A DNA stretch of 64,000 bases from positions 490,503 through 554,502 of the forward strand of contig OZ220716.1 in the NCBI GenBank assembly GCA_965116795.1, given 5' to 3'. Below are positions 11,186 through 21,891 of this stretch, piece by piece. The DNA is from Gammaproteobacteria bacterium. Its GTDB lineage: Bacteria; Pseudomonadota; Gammaproteobacteria; JAJFKG01. The notes beneath the pieces were generated by a model, which made no database searches, was not told where the DNA came from, and saw only the letters and a list, made by a program, of their open reading frames with translations. Made by a program: the position numbers and the translations under genes. The number at the start of each line of letters is the position of its first letter. The first letter of the stretch is position 1.

Positions 11186-12664
11186 TTATGCTTTTTCAGT
11201 ACCAACTGGTTTAGCTTGTTCGCCATTCCATACCAGATCCAATTGACGTGCTGCTTTCACATCGTCTAAGCGTCGTACTGGACACGTATGAGGTGCCTTT
11301 AAAATAATATCAGGATTAGTTTTTGCTTCTTGTTGAATAGCTAGCATTGCTGCAACAAATTGGTCAATATCTTGTTTGCTTTCAGTTTCTGTTGGTTCGA
11401 TCAATAAACATTCTGGCACCAGTAATGGGAAATACGTTGTTGGTGCATGACAGCCATAATCTAACAATCGTTTGGCTACATCCATTGCACTAATACCATA
11501 CGCTTTTACCCAATTTTTTAAGGTAATAATAAATTCATGGCTAGCACGACGTTTAGGATAAGCCAATTCAAACCCGGCTTGTTGCAAACGTGTCATCAAA
11601 TAATTTGCATTCAATGTAGCAAATTCAGCTACACGCACCATACCTTCACGCCCCAGAATGCGACAATAAATATAAGCACGTAATAAAATACTGGCATTAC
11701 CCATAAATGCTGATAACCGACCAATGCTATCCGGACAATTATGTTGATTAAGCAAACAGTATTGATTATCTTGCTTATCAACAATTGGGATCGGTAAATA
11801 AGGTTTTAATTTATCATTACATGCCACTGGCCCAGAGCCAGGTCCACCACCACCATGAGGTGTCGCAAATGTTTTGTGTAAATTTAAATGCATGACATCA
11901 AAACCCATATCACCTGGGCGTACTTTACCTAAGATTGCATTTAAGTTGGCACCGTCGTAATACAACAAGCCACCTGCTGCATGCACTTTGTTAGCAATCA
12001 CAGCAATTTGCCGTTCAAACACACCTAAAGTAGACGGATTCGTTAACATAATGCCTGCTGTTTGTGGTCCTAATGCTGCCTCCAATGCAACCAAATCAAC
12101 ATCACCATCTTTATCCGTTGGGATCTCGCGCACTGTATAACCACACATGACTGCCGATGCTGGATTGGTACCGTGTGCGGCATCCGGCACTAGAATTTCA
12201 CAACGCGCATGATCACCTCTGGCTTGATGATAAGCGCGAATCATGGAAACACCAGCGAATTCACCTTGAGCACCTGCCATTGGCGCTAATGAAATACCAC
12301 TCATGCCAGTGACATCTTTTAATATATCTTGTAATTCATACAAGCATTGCAGAAAGCCTTGGCTTTCGGTAAATGGTGCTAATGGATGGCGACGTAACCA
12401 ATCTGATAATGATGCAAGCTTATGTACACCACGCGGATTATATTTCATTGTACATGAACCTAATGGATACATATGTGTATCAATCGAAAAATTGTGCTGC
12501 GACAGTTGTGTATAATGTCGCACAACTTGCATTTCTGATACTTCAGGTAATTGTGCTGTTGATTGACGTAACAATTGATCTGGGATTGCCGTTTCCGTCG
12601 ATGAAATACGCGGTGATTGCATATGTGCTGCACGGTTTGGAGCAGATTTCTCAAAAATAAGCAT
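11186..12664 (-). CDS. gcvPB: Glycine dehydrogenase subunit 2
   Basis: [38 protein letters not shown]. Confidence 0.95.
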   Translation of the reverse strand: MLIFEKSAPNRAAHMQSPRISSTETAIPDQLLRQSTAQLPEVSEMQVVRHYTQLSQHNFSIDTHMYPLGSCTMKYNPRGVHKLASLSDWLRRHPLAPFTESQGFLQCLYELQDILKDVTGMSGISLAPMAGAQGEFAGVSMIRAYHQARGDHARCEILVPDAAHGTNPASAVMCGYTVREIPTDKDGDVDLVALEAALGPQTAGIMLTNPSTLGVFERQIAVIANKVHAAGGLLYYDGANLNAILGKVRPGDMGFDVMHLNLHKTFATPHGGGGPGSGPVACNDKLKPYLPIPIVDKQDNQYCLLNQHNCPDSIGRLSAFMGNASILLRAYIYCRILGREGMVRVAEFATLNANYLMTRLQQAGFELAYPKRRASHEFIITLKNWVKAYGISAMDVAKRLLDYGCHAPTTYFPLLVPECLLIEPTETESKQDIDQFVAAMLAIQQEAKTNPDIILKAPHTCPVRRLDDVKAARQLDLVWNGEQAKPVGTEKA

Positions 12665-12697
12665 ATTATTTTCCTTTATGTTTTTCGCTTATTGCGA

Positions 12698-14050
12698 TTA
12701 CAATGTGCTAACAACATCTGCATAATGTTGAATATCATCCGGTGTTTGCATTTCAGTAGTACACACTAATAAACAATCTGCATAGTCAGGATATAATACA
12801 CCTAATGCAAATCCACCTTGAATTTTTTCAGCAAGTAATGCATTTAACACCGTATCAATTGGTTTGCTAAAACGTAACACAACTTCATGAAAACATGTAC
12901 CAGTAAATACCCTGTCAATACCATTAATATTAGTCAACGTATCAAGTAATAATTGATTATGTTGATGACTGGTTAATGCAACATTACGCAGTCCAGATAG
13001 CCCAAGTAAACTCATGTGAATGGTAGAAGCAGTGACAGCTAATCCCTGATTGGTACAAATGTTAGACGTGGCTTTAGAACGACGAATATGTTGTTCGCGT
13101 GCTTGCAGTGTTAATGTATAACCTATTTTGCCATCTTGATCAGTTGTGCGACCCACAATACGGCCGGGCAATTGACGCACTAATGCTTGCTTACAACATA
13201 AGAAACCATAGTAAGGTCCACCCGATGCTAGTGGCAATCCCAATGGTTGACCTTCACCACAGGCAATATCAGCACCATTATCACCCCAACTACCTGGCTC
13301 TTTTAATAATGCCATCGCAATTGGATTGACTACGCCTATCACTAATGCCTGTTTGGCATGTGCCCAATTTGTTAGTAAGTCAACATCTTCAATGACACCA
13401 AAAAAGTTAGGTTGTGGAATAACAATAGCAGCAAATTCGTCTTGTTGAAATGATGTTAGGGTATCTGCAATCGTGGCACCAGCTTTAGCACAATAAGGCA
13501 ACTCAACCAATTCAATCCCTTGTGCATTTACTAGTGTATGTACTACTTGACGATAATGCGGATGTAAGCTGCCAGCGCATACTATTTTACGGGTTTTCAC
13601 TTTGCGCTGCACACGTACTGCCATTAATACCGCTTCAGCTAACGCAGATGCACCATCATACAATGATGCATTTGATACATCTAACCCAACAAGACTCGCC
13701 ATCATGGTTTGGTATTCGTATAGTAATTGTAATGTACCTTGGCTAGCTTCTGCCTGATACGGTGTATATGCTGTTAAAAATTCCCCACGCGAAGCAACTT
13801 CCCATACTGCTGCTGGAATATGATGTTCATAAGCACCTGCACCAATAAAACAAACACCTCGTCTGTCTTGGGTCGCACGCTCATATAACAAACGTGCCGC
13901 TTGCATTTCACTGATCCCAGTAGAAACATGTTTCAACTTATCTATACGTAACTGCTCGGGAATTTCATCAAACAATGTATCGATATTATCAACACCAATA
14001 GTTGATAACATATCGCTGATATCAGTATCGGTATGCGGAATATAAGGCAT
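12698..14050 (-). CDS. gcvPA: Glycine dehydrogenase subunit 1
   Basis: [38 protein letters not shown]. Confidence 0.95.
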   Translation of the reverse strand: MPYIPHTDTDISDMLSTIGVDNIDTLFDEIPEQLRIDKLKHVSTGISEMQAARLLYERATQDRRGVCFIGAGAYEHHIPAAVWEVASRGEFLTAYTPYQAEASQGTLQLLYEYQTMMASLVGLDVSNASLYDGASALAEAVLMAVRVQRKVKTRKIVCAGSLHPHYRQVVHTLVNAQGIELVELPYCAKAGATIADTLTSFQQDEFAAIVIPQPNFFGVIEDVDLLTNWAHAKQALVIGVVNPIAMALLKEPGSWGDNGADIACGEGQPLGLPLASGGPYYGFLCCKQALVRQLPGRIVGRTTDQDGKIGYTLTLQAREQHIRRSKATSNICTNQGLAVTASTIHMSLLGLSGLRNVALTSHQHNQLLLDTLTNINGIDRVFTGTCFHEVVLRFSKPIDTVLNALLAEKIQGGFALGVLYPDYADCLLVCTTEMQTPDDIQHYADVVSTL

Positions 14051-14055
14051 ATTAT

Positions 14056-14448
14056 TTAATCCTGTTCTGCCACTTTTTGTGTATATTGTTGTGCATTCAG
14101 TAATGATGTTAAGTTACTTGTTTCAGTTAATTTGATCTTATATAACCAACCTGCACCATATGGATCTTGATTGACTAACTCAGGCGTTTCAACTAATGCA
14201 TCATTTACAGCAAAGATAGTCCCGGTTAACGGGGAATACACATCAGATGCCGCTTTAACTGATTCCACAACACCTGTCTCTTCACCCGCATTCACTGCTT
14301 TTTCTACATCTGGCAATTCAACAAAGACTAAATCCCCCAGTAATTGCTGAGCATGTACTGTGATCCCAATTGTGTAAACGTCATCGGTTTCTTGACGTAC
14401 CCATTCATGACTGTCGGTGTAATGTAGGTTTTCTGGAATATCACTCAT
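14056..14448 (-). CDS. gcvH: Glycine cleavage system H protein
   Basis: [18 protein letters not shown] lipoyl-Lys motif. Confidence 0.95.
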   Translation of the reverse strand: MSDIPENLHYTDSHEWVRQETDDVYTIGITVHAQQLLGDLVFVELPDVEKAVNAGEETGVVESVKAASDVYSPLTGTIFAVNDALVETPELVNQDPYGAGWLYKIKLTETSNLTSLLNAQQYTQKVAEQD

Positions 14449-14477
14449 AACTACTCTCTCCACATTTAAAAGTACTA

Positions 14478-14612
14478 TTTAGGGAAACGCCATATTTGGC
14501 GGATCTTGCCAGAAAATATCAACAAAACGTGCTCATGTATACCCAATACACTGCGCTGTTTTGTTGATATTTTCTGGCAACCTCCACGCAAAGCTGACGT
14601 TTTTTGATAAAG
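14478..14612. repeat. Palindromic element between gcvT and gcvH with a perfect 23-bp internal inverted repeat
   Basis: ttgccagaaaatatcaacaaaac (14506-14528) / gttttgttgatattttctggcaa (14558-14580); central catgtatacccaatacact. Confidence 0.75.
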
Positions 14613-14636
14613 CAAAGATCGGCCAAGCTGTTACCA

Positions 14637-15734
14637 TTAATCTACCAAAACACATTCACCTTGACTCACAAATGGCAATTTAACAATGCGCGCTGGTAAT
14701 AAGCGTCCTCGAATCTCTACTTGACAATGGGCATCGGTAGCAGCAGCTGGGATCCGTGCTAACCCAATTGCACACTGTAAACTTGGTGAGAAACTACCAC
14801 TAGTAATTTCACCATCACCAACACCCTCACAAACAACGCGTTGATGATTACGCAATACACCCTTTGTTTCTAATACTAATCCAACAAAACGTTGATCAAC
14901 ACCCGTTGCTTTCTGAGCTAACAATGCCTGTTTACCAATAAAATCATGATCTGCCGGTTCCCACGCAATTGTCCAAGCTAATCCAGATACCAACGGTGTT
15001 ACTGTCTCATCCATATCGGTACCATATAAGTGCATACCTGCTTCTAAACGCAATGTGTCACGTGCACCCAAACCACATGGGGTAACACCTGCTGCGAGTA
15101 AGCGTTGCCACAATTTAGTTGCCTCAGTTGCTGGAATAATGATTTCAACACCATCTTCACCGGTATAACCCGTGCGTGCAATAAACCAATCGTGTTGTTG
15201 ATAGGCTTGGAAACGCTTTAAGTTCTGCATTGCCTGCGCCAGTGCAGTAGGCAATACAGTCGCTACTGTATCGCAAGCTGTTGGACCTTGCACAGCAAGC
15301 ATTGCTAAATCATGACATTCGTTAATAGTTACTGCAAATTCATTTGCTTGTTTTCTAATCCAAGCAATATCTTTATCACGAGTTGCTGCATTGACCACCA
15401 TACGGTAACGACTAGGCGAGTCACTAAGATAATACACAATCAAATCATCGATGATGCCACCTTCATGATTTAACATGCAGCTATATAATGCTTTATTTAA
15501 CGATAAACGTGCAACATCGTTAGCTAATAAATAACGTAAGAAATCGCGCGCACCATCGCCTGTTAGATCAAGCACTGTCATGTGCGATACATCGAACATG
15601 CCTGCAGATTGACGCACAGCATAATGCTCTGTTAACTGTGATCCATAATGAATTGGCATTTGCCAACCGGCAAAATCTACCATGGTCGCATCTGCATCAA
15701 GATGTGCCTGATACAATGGAGTACGCTGGGGCAT
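14637..15734 (-). CDS. gcvT: Aminomethyltransferase (T protein)
   Basis: MVDFAGWQMP, FDVSHM, RTGYTGEDG, GLGARDTLRLEAG. Confidence 0.95.
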   Translation of the reverse strand: MPQRTPLYQAHLDADATMVDFAGWQMPIHYGSQLTEHYAVRQSAGMFDVSHMTVLDLTGDGARDFLRYLLANDVARLSLNKALYSCMLNHEGGIIDDLIVYYLSDSPSRYRMVVNAATRDKDIAWIRKQANEFAVTINECHDLAMLAVQGPTACDTVATVLPTALAQAMQNLKRFQAYQQHDWFIARTGYTGEDGVEIIIPATEATKLWQRLLAAGVTPCGLGARDTLRLEAGMHLYGTDMDETVTPLVSGLAWTIAWEPADHDFIGKQALLAQKATGVDQRFVGLVLETKGVLRNHQRVVCEGVGDGEITSGSFSPSLQCAIGLARIPAAATDAHCQVEIRGRLLPARIVKLPFVSQGECVLVD

Positions 15735-15826
15735 TTGCAATTTCTCCATAGGACATTGTTGTAAAAAACGTTGCGATTATACCGTGCATAGGTTAGTGTG
15801 CAACTCACTGGTGCCCATATGGCAAA

Positions 15827-17047
15827 CTACTGCACACGTGCCAATACGGGCAAATCACCTTGTAATCCCATTGCACGACGGATAATTGCTTGCTTGACCA
15901 AGGGTAACCGATTAGTCATTGTTAAACCTCGATTACGTAATCGTTTGATCCAAGGAACATCATTGCTAAACAATCGTTTAAATCCTTCCATCGCCAAGAT
16001 CATTTCCCAATTATGTCCACGACGCCAACGTGCATAACGTTGTAGTGTAGCTAAACTGGCAATATCACGTCCTTTGCGATGCGCCTGTTGTAATGTTTGT
16101 GCCAAGCACGCTGCATCTAATATTCCCAGATTAGCACCTTGTCCGGCTAATGGATGTAAACTGTGCGCTGCATCACCGATAAATGCAATGTTTGGTAATA
16201 CATACTGTTTACTGTGGCGCATGGTCAATGGAAATGATTGGCGAGAAGAAACTATATTAATTTCGCCCAAACGATGTTCACACGCATTTGCAACGGCATC
16301 TGCAAATTGTGTATCTGACAATGAAAGTAATTCATTTGCACGTGCTGTTGCAGCTGACCATACAATCGAACAATCGTGTGAGTCAGCTAAAGGCAATAAC
16401 GCTAACGGGCCATCTGGCATAAAACGTTGCCACGCCGTTAATTGATGTGGTTTTTCTGTGTTTATCGTGGCTATGATTGCGGTTTGTTGGTATGACCATT
16501 GACGTTGTTCAACACCACATTGCTGACGTAACCAAGAATGAACGCCATCAGCACCAATTACTAAACGTGATTGCAATATATGATTATCATCTGTCTGTAA
16601 GGTAACGCCATGCTTGCTCACATCAATTGAGTGCAATATACATCCATAGATAAGATCAATATTGTTTGCTCGTTCAACTTGCTGACGTAATACTTGTTGT
16701 ATCACTGTATTCTCAACAATGTAACCTAACTCACTCTCACCAACATACGCTGAATCAAAATGAATTGAGCCATTATCATCCCATACATACATTTCACGAT
16801 AAGGGCTTACTCGTAAGCCACGCATGAGTTCCCATGCCCCTAAATTGTGAAAAATTGTTTGTGATGCACGGGTAATCGCACTTACGCGCATGTCATATTC
16901 ACCTTCAGAAAATACGGGACGCTGTGTACATGCATCGATTACAGTAACTTTCAGTGATGTATTAGCTAGTGCACAGGCACAGGTTAAACCGACAATGCCC
17001 GCACCAATAATGATAACATCAGTTTTGTCTTTAGATTCAATTTTCAT
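15827..17047 (-). CDS. ubiI: UbiH/UbiF/VisC family FAD-dependent hydroxylase (UbiI-like)
   Basis: GAGIVG, RVSAI, GADG, GDAAHSLHPLAGQGANLG; upstream of gcvT as in many gammaproteobacteria. Confidence 0.75.
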   Translation of the reverse strand: MKIESKDKTDVIIIGAGIVGLTCACALANTSLKVTVIDACTQRPVFSEGEYDMRVSAITRASQTIFHNLGAWELMRGLRVSPYREMYVWDDNGSIHFDSAYVGESELGYIVENTVIQQVLRQQVERANNIDLIYGCILHSIDVSKHGVTLQTDDNHILQSRLVIGADGVHSWLRQQCGVEQRQWSYQQTAIIATINTEKPHQLTAWQRFMPDGPLALLPLADSHDCSIVWSAATARANELLSLSDTQFADAVANACEHRLGEINIVSSRQSFPLTMRHSKQYVLPNIAFIGDAAHSLHPLAGQGANLGILDAACLAQTLQQAHRKGRDIASLATLQRYARWRRGHNWEMILAMEGFKRLFSNDVPWIKRLRNRGLTMTNRLPLVKQAIIRRAMGLQGDLPVLARVQ

Positions 17048-17052
17048 TTATT

Positions 17053-18303
17053 TTATAATAACGATTTTAGAATGGTAAATAGAACAATACAGATTGCAGC
17101 ACCAGCTGGTAATGTGATGATCCACGATAATAAAATACTGCGTATAACATTTAGTTGTAATGCCGCAATCCCACGTGCTAACCCAACGCCTAATACAGCA
17201 CCTACTAATGTTTGTGTAGTGGATACAGGTAATCCAATACCAGATGCTAATACAACTGTCGTTGCTGTTGCTAATTCAGCAGCAAAACCACGACTCGGCG
17301 TTAACTCTGTTATCTTAGTGCCAATGGTGGCAATCACACGATAACCAAATGTGGCTAACCCAATGACAATCCCGATACCACCTAATAATAATACCCAACG
17401 TGGCGCACCTGATTGTGCAGCGATCATCCCACCGTTTTTTACCACACTCACTACTGCCGCTAATGGCCCAATCGCATTAGCTACATCGTTTGAACCATGA
17501 GCAAATGCCATCGAGCCAGCAGTAAATATCATTAAAATACCAAATAAGTGCTCGACATTTGCAAAGTGCACGTGACGCCCGCCTTTATCACGAAAAGACG
17601 TCTTGGCCAAAAGAAAATAACTAATCAACATAATTAATAGTGCAAATAATGCTGAATACACAATACTACTTGCTGTTGAAATGTGTAACCAAACGTGTTT
17701 TAACCCTTTGTTTAACGTAACCAATCCAATAATAAACGCAGCTAACAAAATGTAAAGCGGTACAATCTGTTGTGCACGTTGTAGTGGATTAGCATGATTT
17801 AAAATTAATTCTTGAATGCTACGGAAAATACCGTATGCCAATAAGCCAGCAATACACGGTGTCACGATCCAACTGAGCACAATGAATATAACTTGGTGCC
17901 AATACACGGCATGCATCCCTAAGTTCATTGTACCAAAACCGATAATCGCACCAACAATGCTATGCGTTGTCGATACCGGCCAACCGCGATAGGTTGCGAT
18001 AAACAACCAAATACCCGTAGCTAGTAACGCACTCAACATGCCATAGACTAATAATTCGGGTGTATCAGCTAATACCGATAGATCAATAATCTTGCCACGA
18101 ATGGTATGCGTCACTTGACCACCGGCAAGAAAAGCCCCTAAAAATTCAAAAATGGCAGCAATGATAACTGCTTGGCGTAAACTGATTGCACGCGAACCGA
18201 CTGATGTTGCCATTGCATTGGCGACATCATTCGCACCTACTCCCCACGCCATAAAAAAACCAAATACACACGCTAGGATAATAAATAATTCAGCATGGGG
18301 CAT
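17053..18303 (-). CDS. Inorganic phosphate transporter, PiT family
   Basis: GANDVANAM, PVSTTH, HGSNDVANAIGP. Confidence 0.92.
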   Translation of the reverse strand: MPHAELFIILACVFGFFMAWGVGANDVANAMATSVGSRAISLRQAVIIAAIFEFLGAFLAGGQVTHTIRGKIIDLSVLADTPELLVYGMLSALLATGIWLFIATYRGWPVSTTHSIVGAIIGFGTMNLGMHAVYWHQVIFIVLSWIVTPCIAGLLAYGIFRSIQELILNHANPLQRAQQIVPLYILLAAFIIGLVTLNKGLKHVWLHISTASSIVYSALFALLIMLISYFLLAKTSFRDKGGRHVHFANVEHLFGILMIFTAGSMAFAHGSNDVANAIGPLAAVVSVVKNGGMIAAQSGAPRWVLLLGGIGIVIGLATFGYRVIATIGTKITELTPSRGFAAELATATTVVLASGIGLPVSTTQTLVGAVLGVGLARGIAALQLNVIRSILLSWIITLPAGAAICIVLFTILKSLL

Positions 18304-18305
18304 AA

Positions 18306-18989
18306 TTACCTCGCCAATAACAATTGCAAATTATCTCCAACATGTTGCGCACCATCGGCTAACTGACCAGTTGTTTCAATTACTTTATATAAGAACATGG
18401 CGTCAATCGGTGATAAGGTATTTTCAACCTCATACACTTGCTGGCGTACTGCAATTTGCATTTGATCGGTATCAGATTCAATTTCATCGATAAGACAAAT
18501 CATGCTTTCTACTGCACCAACTTCACTATTGACAAAGCCAGTTTCTAATAATTCACCTAACTCATTAATTACTTTATCAGCTTGCTGCACTGCCTCTAAA
18601 TTACGTTGCAAAAAGTTCATGAAAGTGGCATGTAATTGTTTAGGAAGGATCAGTTTACGCCCTAACATTAAGCCAGCAACATCACGTGCTTTATCCGCAA
18701 TTTTATCTTGCACTGTTAAAATTTCTAATAAGCCTGAACGTGATACTGGTAAAAATAAACTGTTAGGTAAATGCACACGCAATTCTCGTTTAATTTTATC
18801 TGCTTCGTTTTCAATACGTGCAATAGTCAGTTGATGGATTTCAGCGGTTGCCCAATCAATCGCAATAACCGCATTAAAAAATGGCTGGAGTTCCTGGGTA
18901 CATGCTGTAATTTTACTCATGTGTTCTTGTAAAGGTCGGATTGGTGAACGTCCAAACACATTGAGAATCGAGGCACGTGGCATTCCCAT
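18306..18989 (-). CDS. DUF47/PhoU-like phosphate transport regulator
   Basis: FGRSPIRPLQEH, ENEADKIK, QDKIAD; start re-assigned to ATG 18989 (GGAGG RBS) because the longer ORF runs into an ERIC-like element. Confidence 0.88.
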   Translation of the reverse strand: MGMPRASILNVFGRSPIRPLQEHMSKITACTQELQPFFNAVIAIDWATAEIHQLTIARIENEADKIKRELRVHLPNSLFLPVSRSGLLEILTVQDKIADKARDVAGLMLGRKLILPKQLHATFMNFLQRNLEAVQQADKVINELGELLETGFVNSEVGAVESMICLIDEIESDTDQMQIAVRQQVYEVENTLSPIDAMFLYKVIETTGQLADGAQHVGDNLQLLLAR

Positions 18990-19018
18990 AGTAATCCTCC
19001 AATTATTATTAGCGCTAG

Positions 19019-19170
19019 TATACTCTTCGCATTTTAAATTTATGCTTTGTTGGCTGCGCTGACCCCGGATCAAGTCCGGGGCAAGTCTTTATACAAAAGT
19101 CATGTATTTCATACACTCCTTTTGCTCGACAGCTTGCCGCCTCGCCTAAATTCAAAACGCTTTGAGTATA
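19019..19170. repeat. ERIC-like element (152 bp) carrying a nested REP hairpin; a degenerate copy follows to 19268
   Basis: Alignable to 9174-9300, plus insertion tgaccccggatcaagtccggggcaagt at ~19060-19086. Confidence 0.88.
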
Positions 19171-19277
19171 TACTGAGAGAAATACAAATTACAATATCGT
19201 TGTACTAATACAAATGACTAAAAGTCAGTCATGCCAGCCCGAACTAAAATTAAAATGCGAAGAGTATAGTTATATGT

Positions 19278-20648
19278 TTATTCCGACTCGTTAATACACT
19301 CTAAAATTTGCATCGCCATTTCTAAACTCTGTTCGTAATTTAAGCGTGGGTCAACTAAGCTTTTATAGGCATGGGTTAAATCATTCGTAGTTAATCCGCG
19401 GGCACCGCCAATACATTCAGTGATATCATCACCCGTTAATTCAAAATGTACACCACCCAGATACGTACCCAAATTAGCATGCACTGCAAATGATAATCGT
19501 AATTCTTCAAGAATATTATCAAAGTGACGCGTCTTAATACCACCTGCTGTGATTTCAGTATTGCCATGCATCGGATCACAACACCACAATACTGTTTTAC
19601 CAGTAGCACACACTGCTTTAATTAAAGATGGTAGACGTGTCTCAACCTGTGTAGCTCCCATGCGATGCACTAAGGTTAAACGGCCAGGCTCATTATCTGG
19701 GTTTAACTTGTTAACTAACTCAGTTAACCACATTGCTGTCATATCAGGGCCAACTTTAATCGCAATTGGATTGGTAATACCACGGATATATTCAATGTGT
19801 GCACTGTCTAACTGTGCGGTGCGCATACCCACCCACGGGAAATGGGTCGATAAGTTATACCACTGTTGCTGATATTGATGTGTTAAGGCTTGTTCATAAG
19901 GTAATAGTAATGCCTCGTGACTCGTGTACAAATCTACACGAGTTAGATCGCATGTTGATTCCCTAACAGCTGCATTAGCAAAATCAATAGCATTGGTAAT
20001 TGCTTGCAGTATGGCTTGATATTTTTCTTTTGATTCAGAATAATGAATAAAATCGATATCCCAATATTCTGGGTGCTGCAAATCAGCAAATCCATGTTGC
20101 ACTAATGCCCGTAAATAATTTAATGTTTTCGCTGAATGGGTATAGGCATCTAGCAATAATGTTGGATCCGGCGTACGCGCCTGTGCATTAAAATCAGCAC
20201 AATTAATGGCATCACCCCGATAATTAGGAAGTCGAATACCATCGCGAATTTCATATTCACTAGAACGTGGCTTAGCATATTGCCCTGCAATACGACCAAT
20301 ACGAATAATCGGCTTGCGTAAGCCATACAGCAATATTGCACTCATTTGCAATAATATTTTTAGCTTATTGGTAATAATATCGCGATTACAATCAATAAAG
20401 CGTTCCGCGCAATCACCACCTTGTAATAAAAAAGCATCACCACGCGCGGCTTTGGCGAGTTGCTGTTTTAATGTATCGATTTCAAATGGGACAACCAATG
20501 GTGGAACACATTGTAATTGCGATTCTATATTGGCTAATGCTGTTAGATCAGGATAGGTTGGTAGTTGGCGCACTGCTTTGTGACGCCATGAACCCGGTGA
20601 CCAAACACTTGCTTTACGTTGTTGTTTGCTTCGTTCGATAAATGCCAT
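19278..20648 (-). CDS. Class II DAHP synthase
   Basis: LLQGGDCAE, GRIAGQYAKPRS, TSHEALLL, CDPMHGNT, DPRLN. Confidence 0.93.
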   Translation of the reverse strand: MAFIERSKQQRKASVWSPGSWRHKAVRQLPTYPDLTALANIESQLQCVPPLVVPFEIDTLKQQLAKAARGDAFLLQGGDCAERFIDCNRDIITNKLKILLQMSAILLYGLRKPIIRIGRIAGQYAKPRSSEYEIRDGIRLPNYRGDAINCADFNAQARTPDPTLLLDAYTHSAKTLNYLRALVQHGFADLQHPEYWDIDFIHYSESKEKYQAILQAITNAIDFANAAVRESTCDLTRVDLYTSHEALLLPYEQALTHQYQQQWYNLSTHFPWVGMRTAQLDSAHIEYIRGITNPIAIKVGPDMTAMWLTELVNKLNPDNEPGRLTLVHRMGATQVETRLPSLIKAVCATGKTVLWCCDPMHGNTEITAGGIKTRHFDNILEELRLSFAVHANLGTYLGGVHFELTGDDITECIGGARGLTTNDLTHAYKSLVDPRLNYEQSLEMAMQILECINESE

Positions 20649-20662
20649 GCAATATCCTTGTC

Positions 20663-21535
20663 TTAATAACAGCCCAATACACAGCCCATTTTAATTGGAT
20701 CAGTTGCTCCACATTGCCATTGCACTGTTTGCTCAGTTAATACAATAACTGTAGAACCCAATTGGAAATAACCCATCTCATCACCTTGTTGAATATGCAG
20801 TTGATCATATGTCCATATTTGTACTTGCTGACTGTGAGTTGGATTCACCATCCCAGCCCATCGAGTTGCAATATTACCTACTAACATTGCCCCTACCATA
20901 ACGACGACTGTACATCCGTGAACTGTATTAAATACACAAACTACTCTTTCATTACGCGCAAATAACTGTGGCACACACTCTGTAGTTAATGGACTAACTG
21001 AAAATAATCGACCGGGTATGTAAGTCATCGATTGCAAATAACCCTCTACCGGCATGTGTACGCGGTGGTAATCTTTAGGTGATAAATAAATTGTGGCAAA
21101 TGAGCCATGTTGTAATCTAGCTGCTAATTGCAAATCACCACCCACTAACGTTACTACACGGTATTGATGTTGTTTTGCTTGTATTAATTTACCATCATCA
21201 ACTTGCCCAAGTTGACTGATTGTACCATCTGCAGGTGAGACAACATGATTAACTGCTGTTGCAATTGATCTAACATTATCTTGTAAATGTCGAGTAAAAA
21301 ATGCATTAAATGTTGAATACTGTTTTGGATTAGTTATCTTAGCTTCACTTAAGTCAACAGCATAACGCTGGATAAACCACGCAATCAGTGGTTGTGCTAC
21401 CCATCTTTTTTCTAATTGCATTACCCAACCAACTAATCGCGATAACCATCGCTGTGGTAATATATACTGATGTAATATCCGTAAACGCATTACGATTGCC
21501 GTTACTATAGTGTGTTGTTGTTGCATAACGTCCAA
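20663..21535 (-). CDS. psd: Phosphatidylserine decarboxylase proenzyme
   Basis: FNAFFTR, SPADG, YLSPKDYHRVHMP, LFARNER, LGST cleavage motif; start may be 21490. Confidence 0.93.
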   Translation of the reverse strand: MDVMQQQHTIVTAIVMRLRILHQYILPQRWLSRLVGWVMQLEKRWVAQPLIAWFIQRYAVDLSEAKITNPKQYSTFNAFFTRHLQDNVRSIATAVNHVVSPADGTISQLGQVDDGKLIQAKQHQYRVVTLVGGDLQLAARLQHGSFATIYLSPKDYHRVHMPVEGYLQSMTYIPGRLFSVSPLTTECVPQLFARNERVVCVFNTVHGCTVVVMVGAMLVGNIATRWAGMVNPTHSQQVQIWTYDQLHIQQGDEMGYFQLGSTVIVLTEQTVQWQCGATDPIKMGCVLGCY

Positions 21536-21796
21536 TGACTATCCATAGGGTTAACGGCCAGCCATAGTAGTTGGGTTTCATAACAGATACAAGCGAGATT
21601 AAGCTGGCATTTTTAATAATGTAAAGAACAACTGAATCATGACTAACATCGTTGCTTATCCCTAACCAGCACTATCTCCTGCCATTTATCGCATATGATA
21701 ATGATTTACTATCAATTTAACGGTATTTTGCCTGCAAATTTACCCATTCATAATGAATTATCTTTTAAAATCATTAGCTTACATTATGGATATTCA

Positions 21797-21825
21797 TTGA
21801 CAAAAATTCAACTTTGCATTAAAAT
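21797..21825 (+). promoter_or_regulatory. Near-consensus sigma70 promoter
   Basis: TTGACA-17 bp-TAAAAT, 66 bp upstream of ORF 21892. Confidence 0.6.
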
Positions 21826-21891
21826 GGCGGTCTAACTATTATAAATTGAATTAACCAACCAGTTTGACAGTAACACAAGGGGTTTTTTGAT

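Noticed and set aside
14464-14636. Glycine riboswitch in the gcv operon
   Set aside because: The structure lies between gcvT and gcvH and is a perfect inverted repeat without glycine-aptamer motifs; the ~90 bp upstream of gcvT show none either.
18990-19073. N-terminal extension of the DUF47 ORF (and likewise ahcY 35388-35423) as further in-frame element insertions
   Set aside because: These extensions start inside the element, and each gene has a good GGAGG RBS and ATG downstream of it; they are ORF-calling artefacts.
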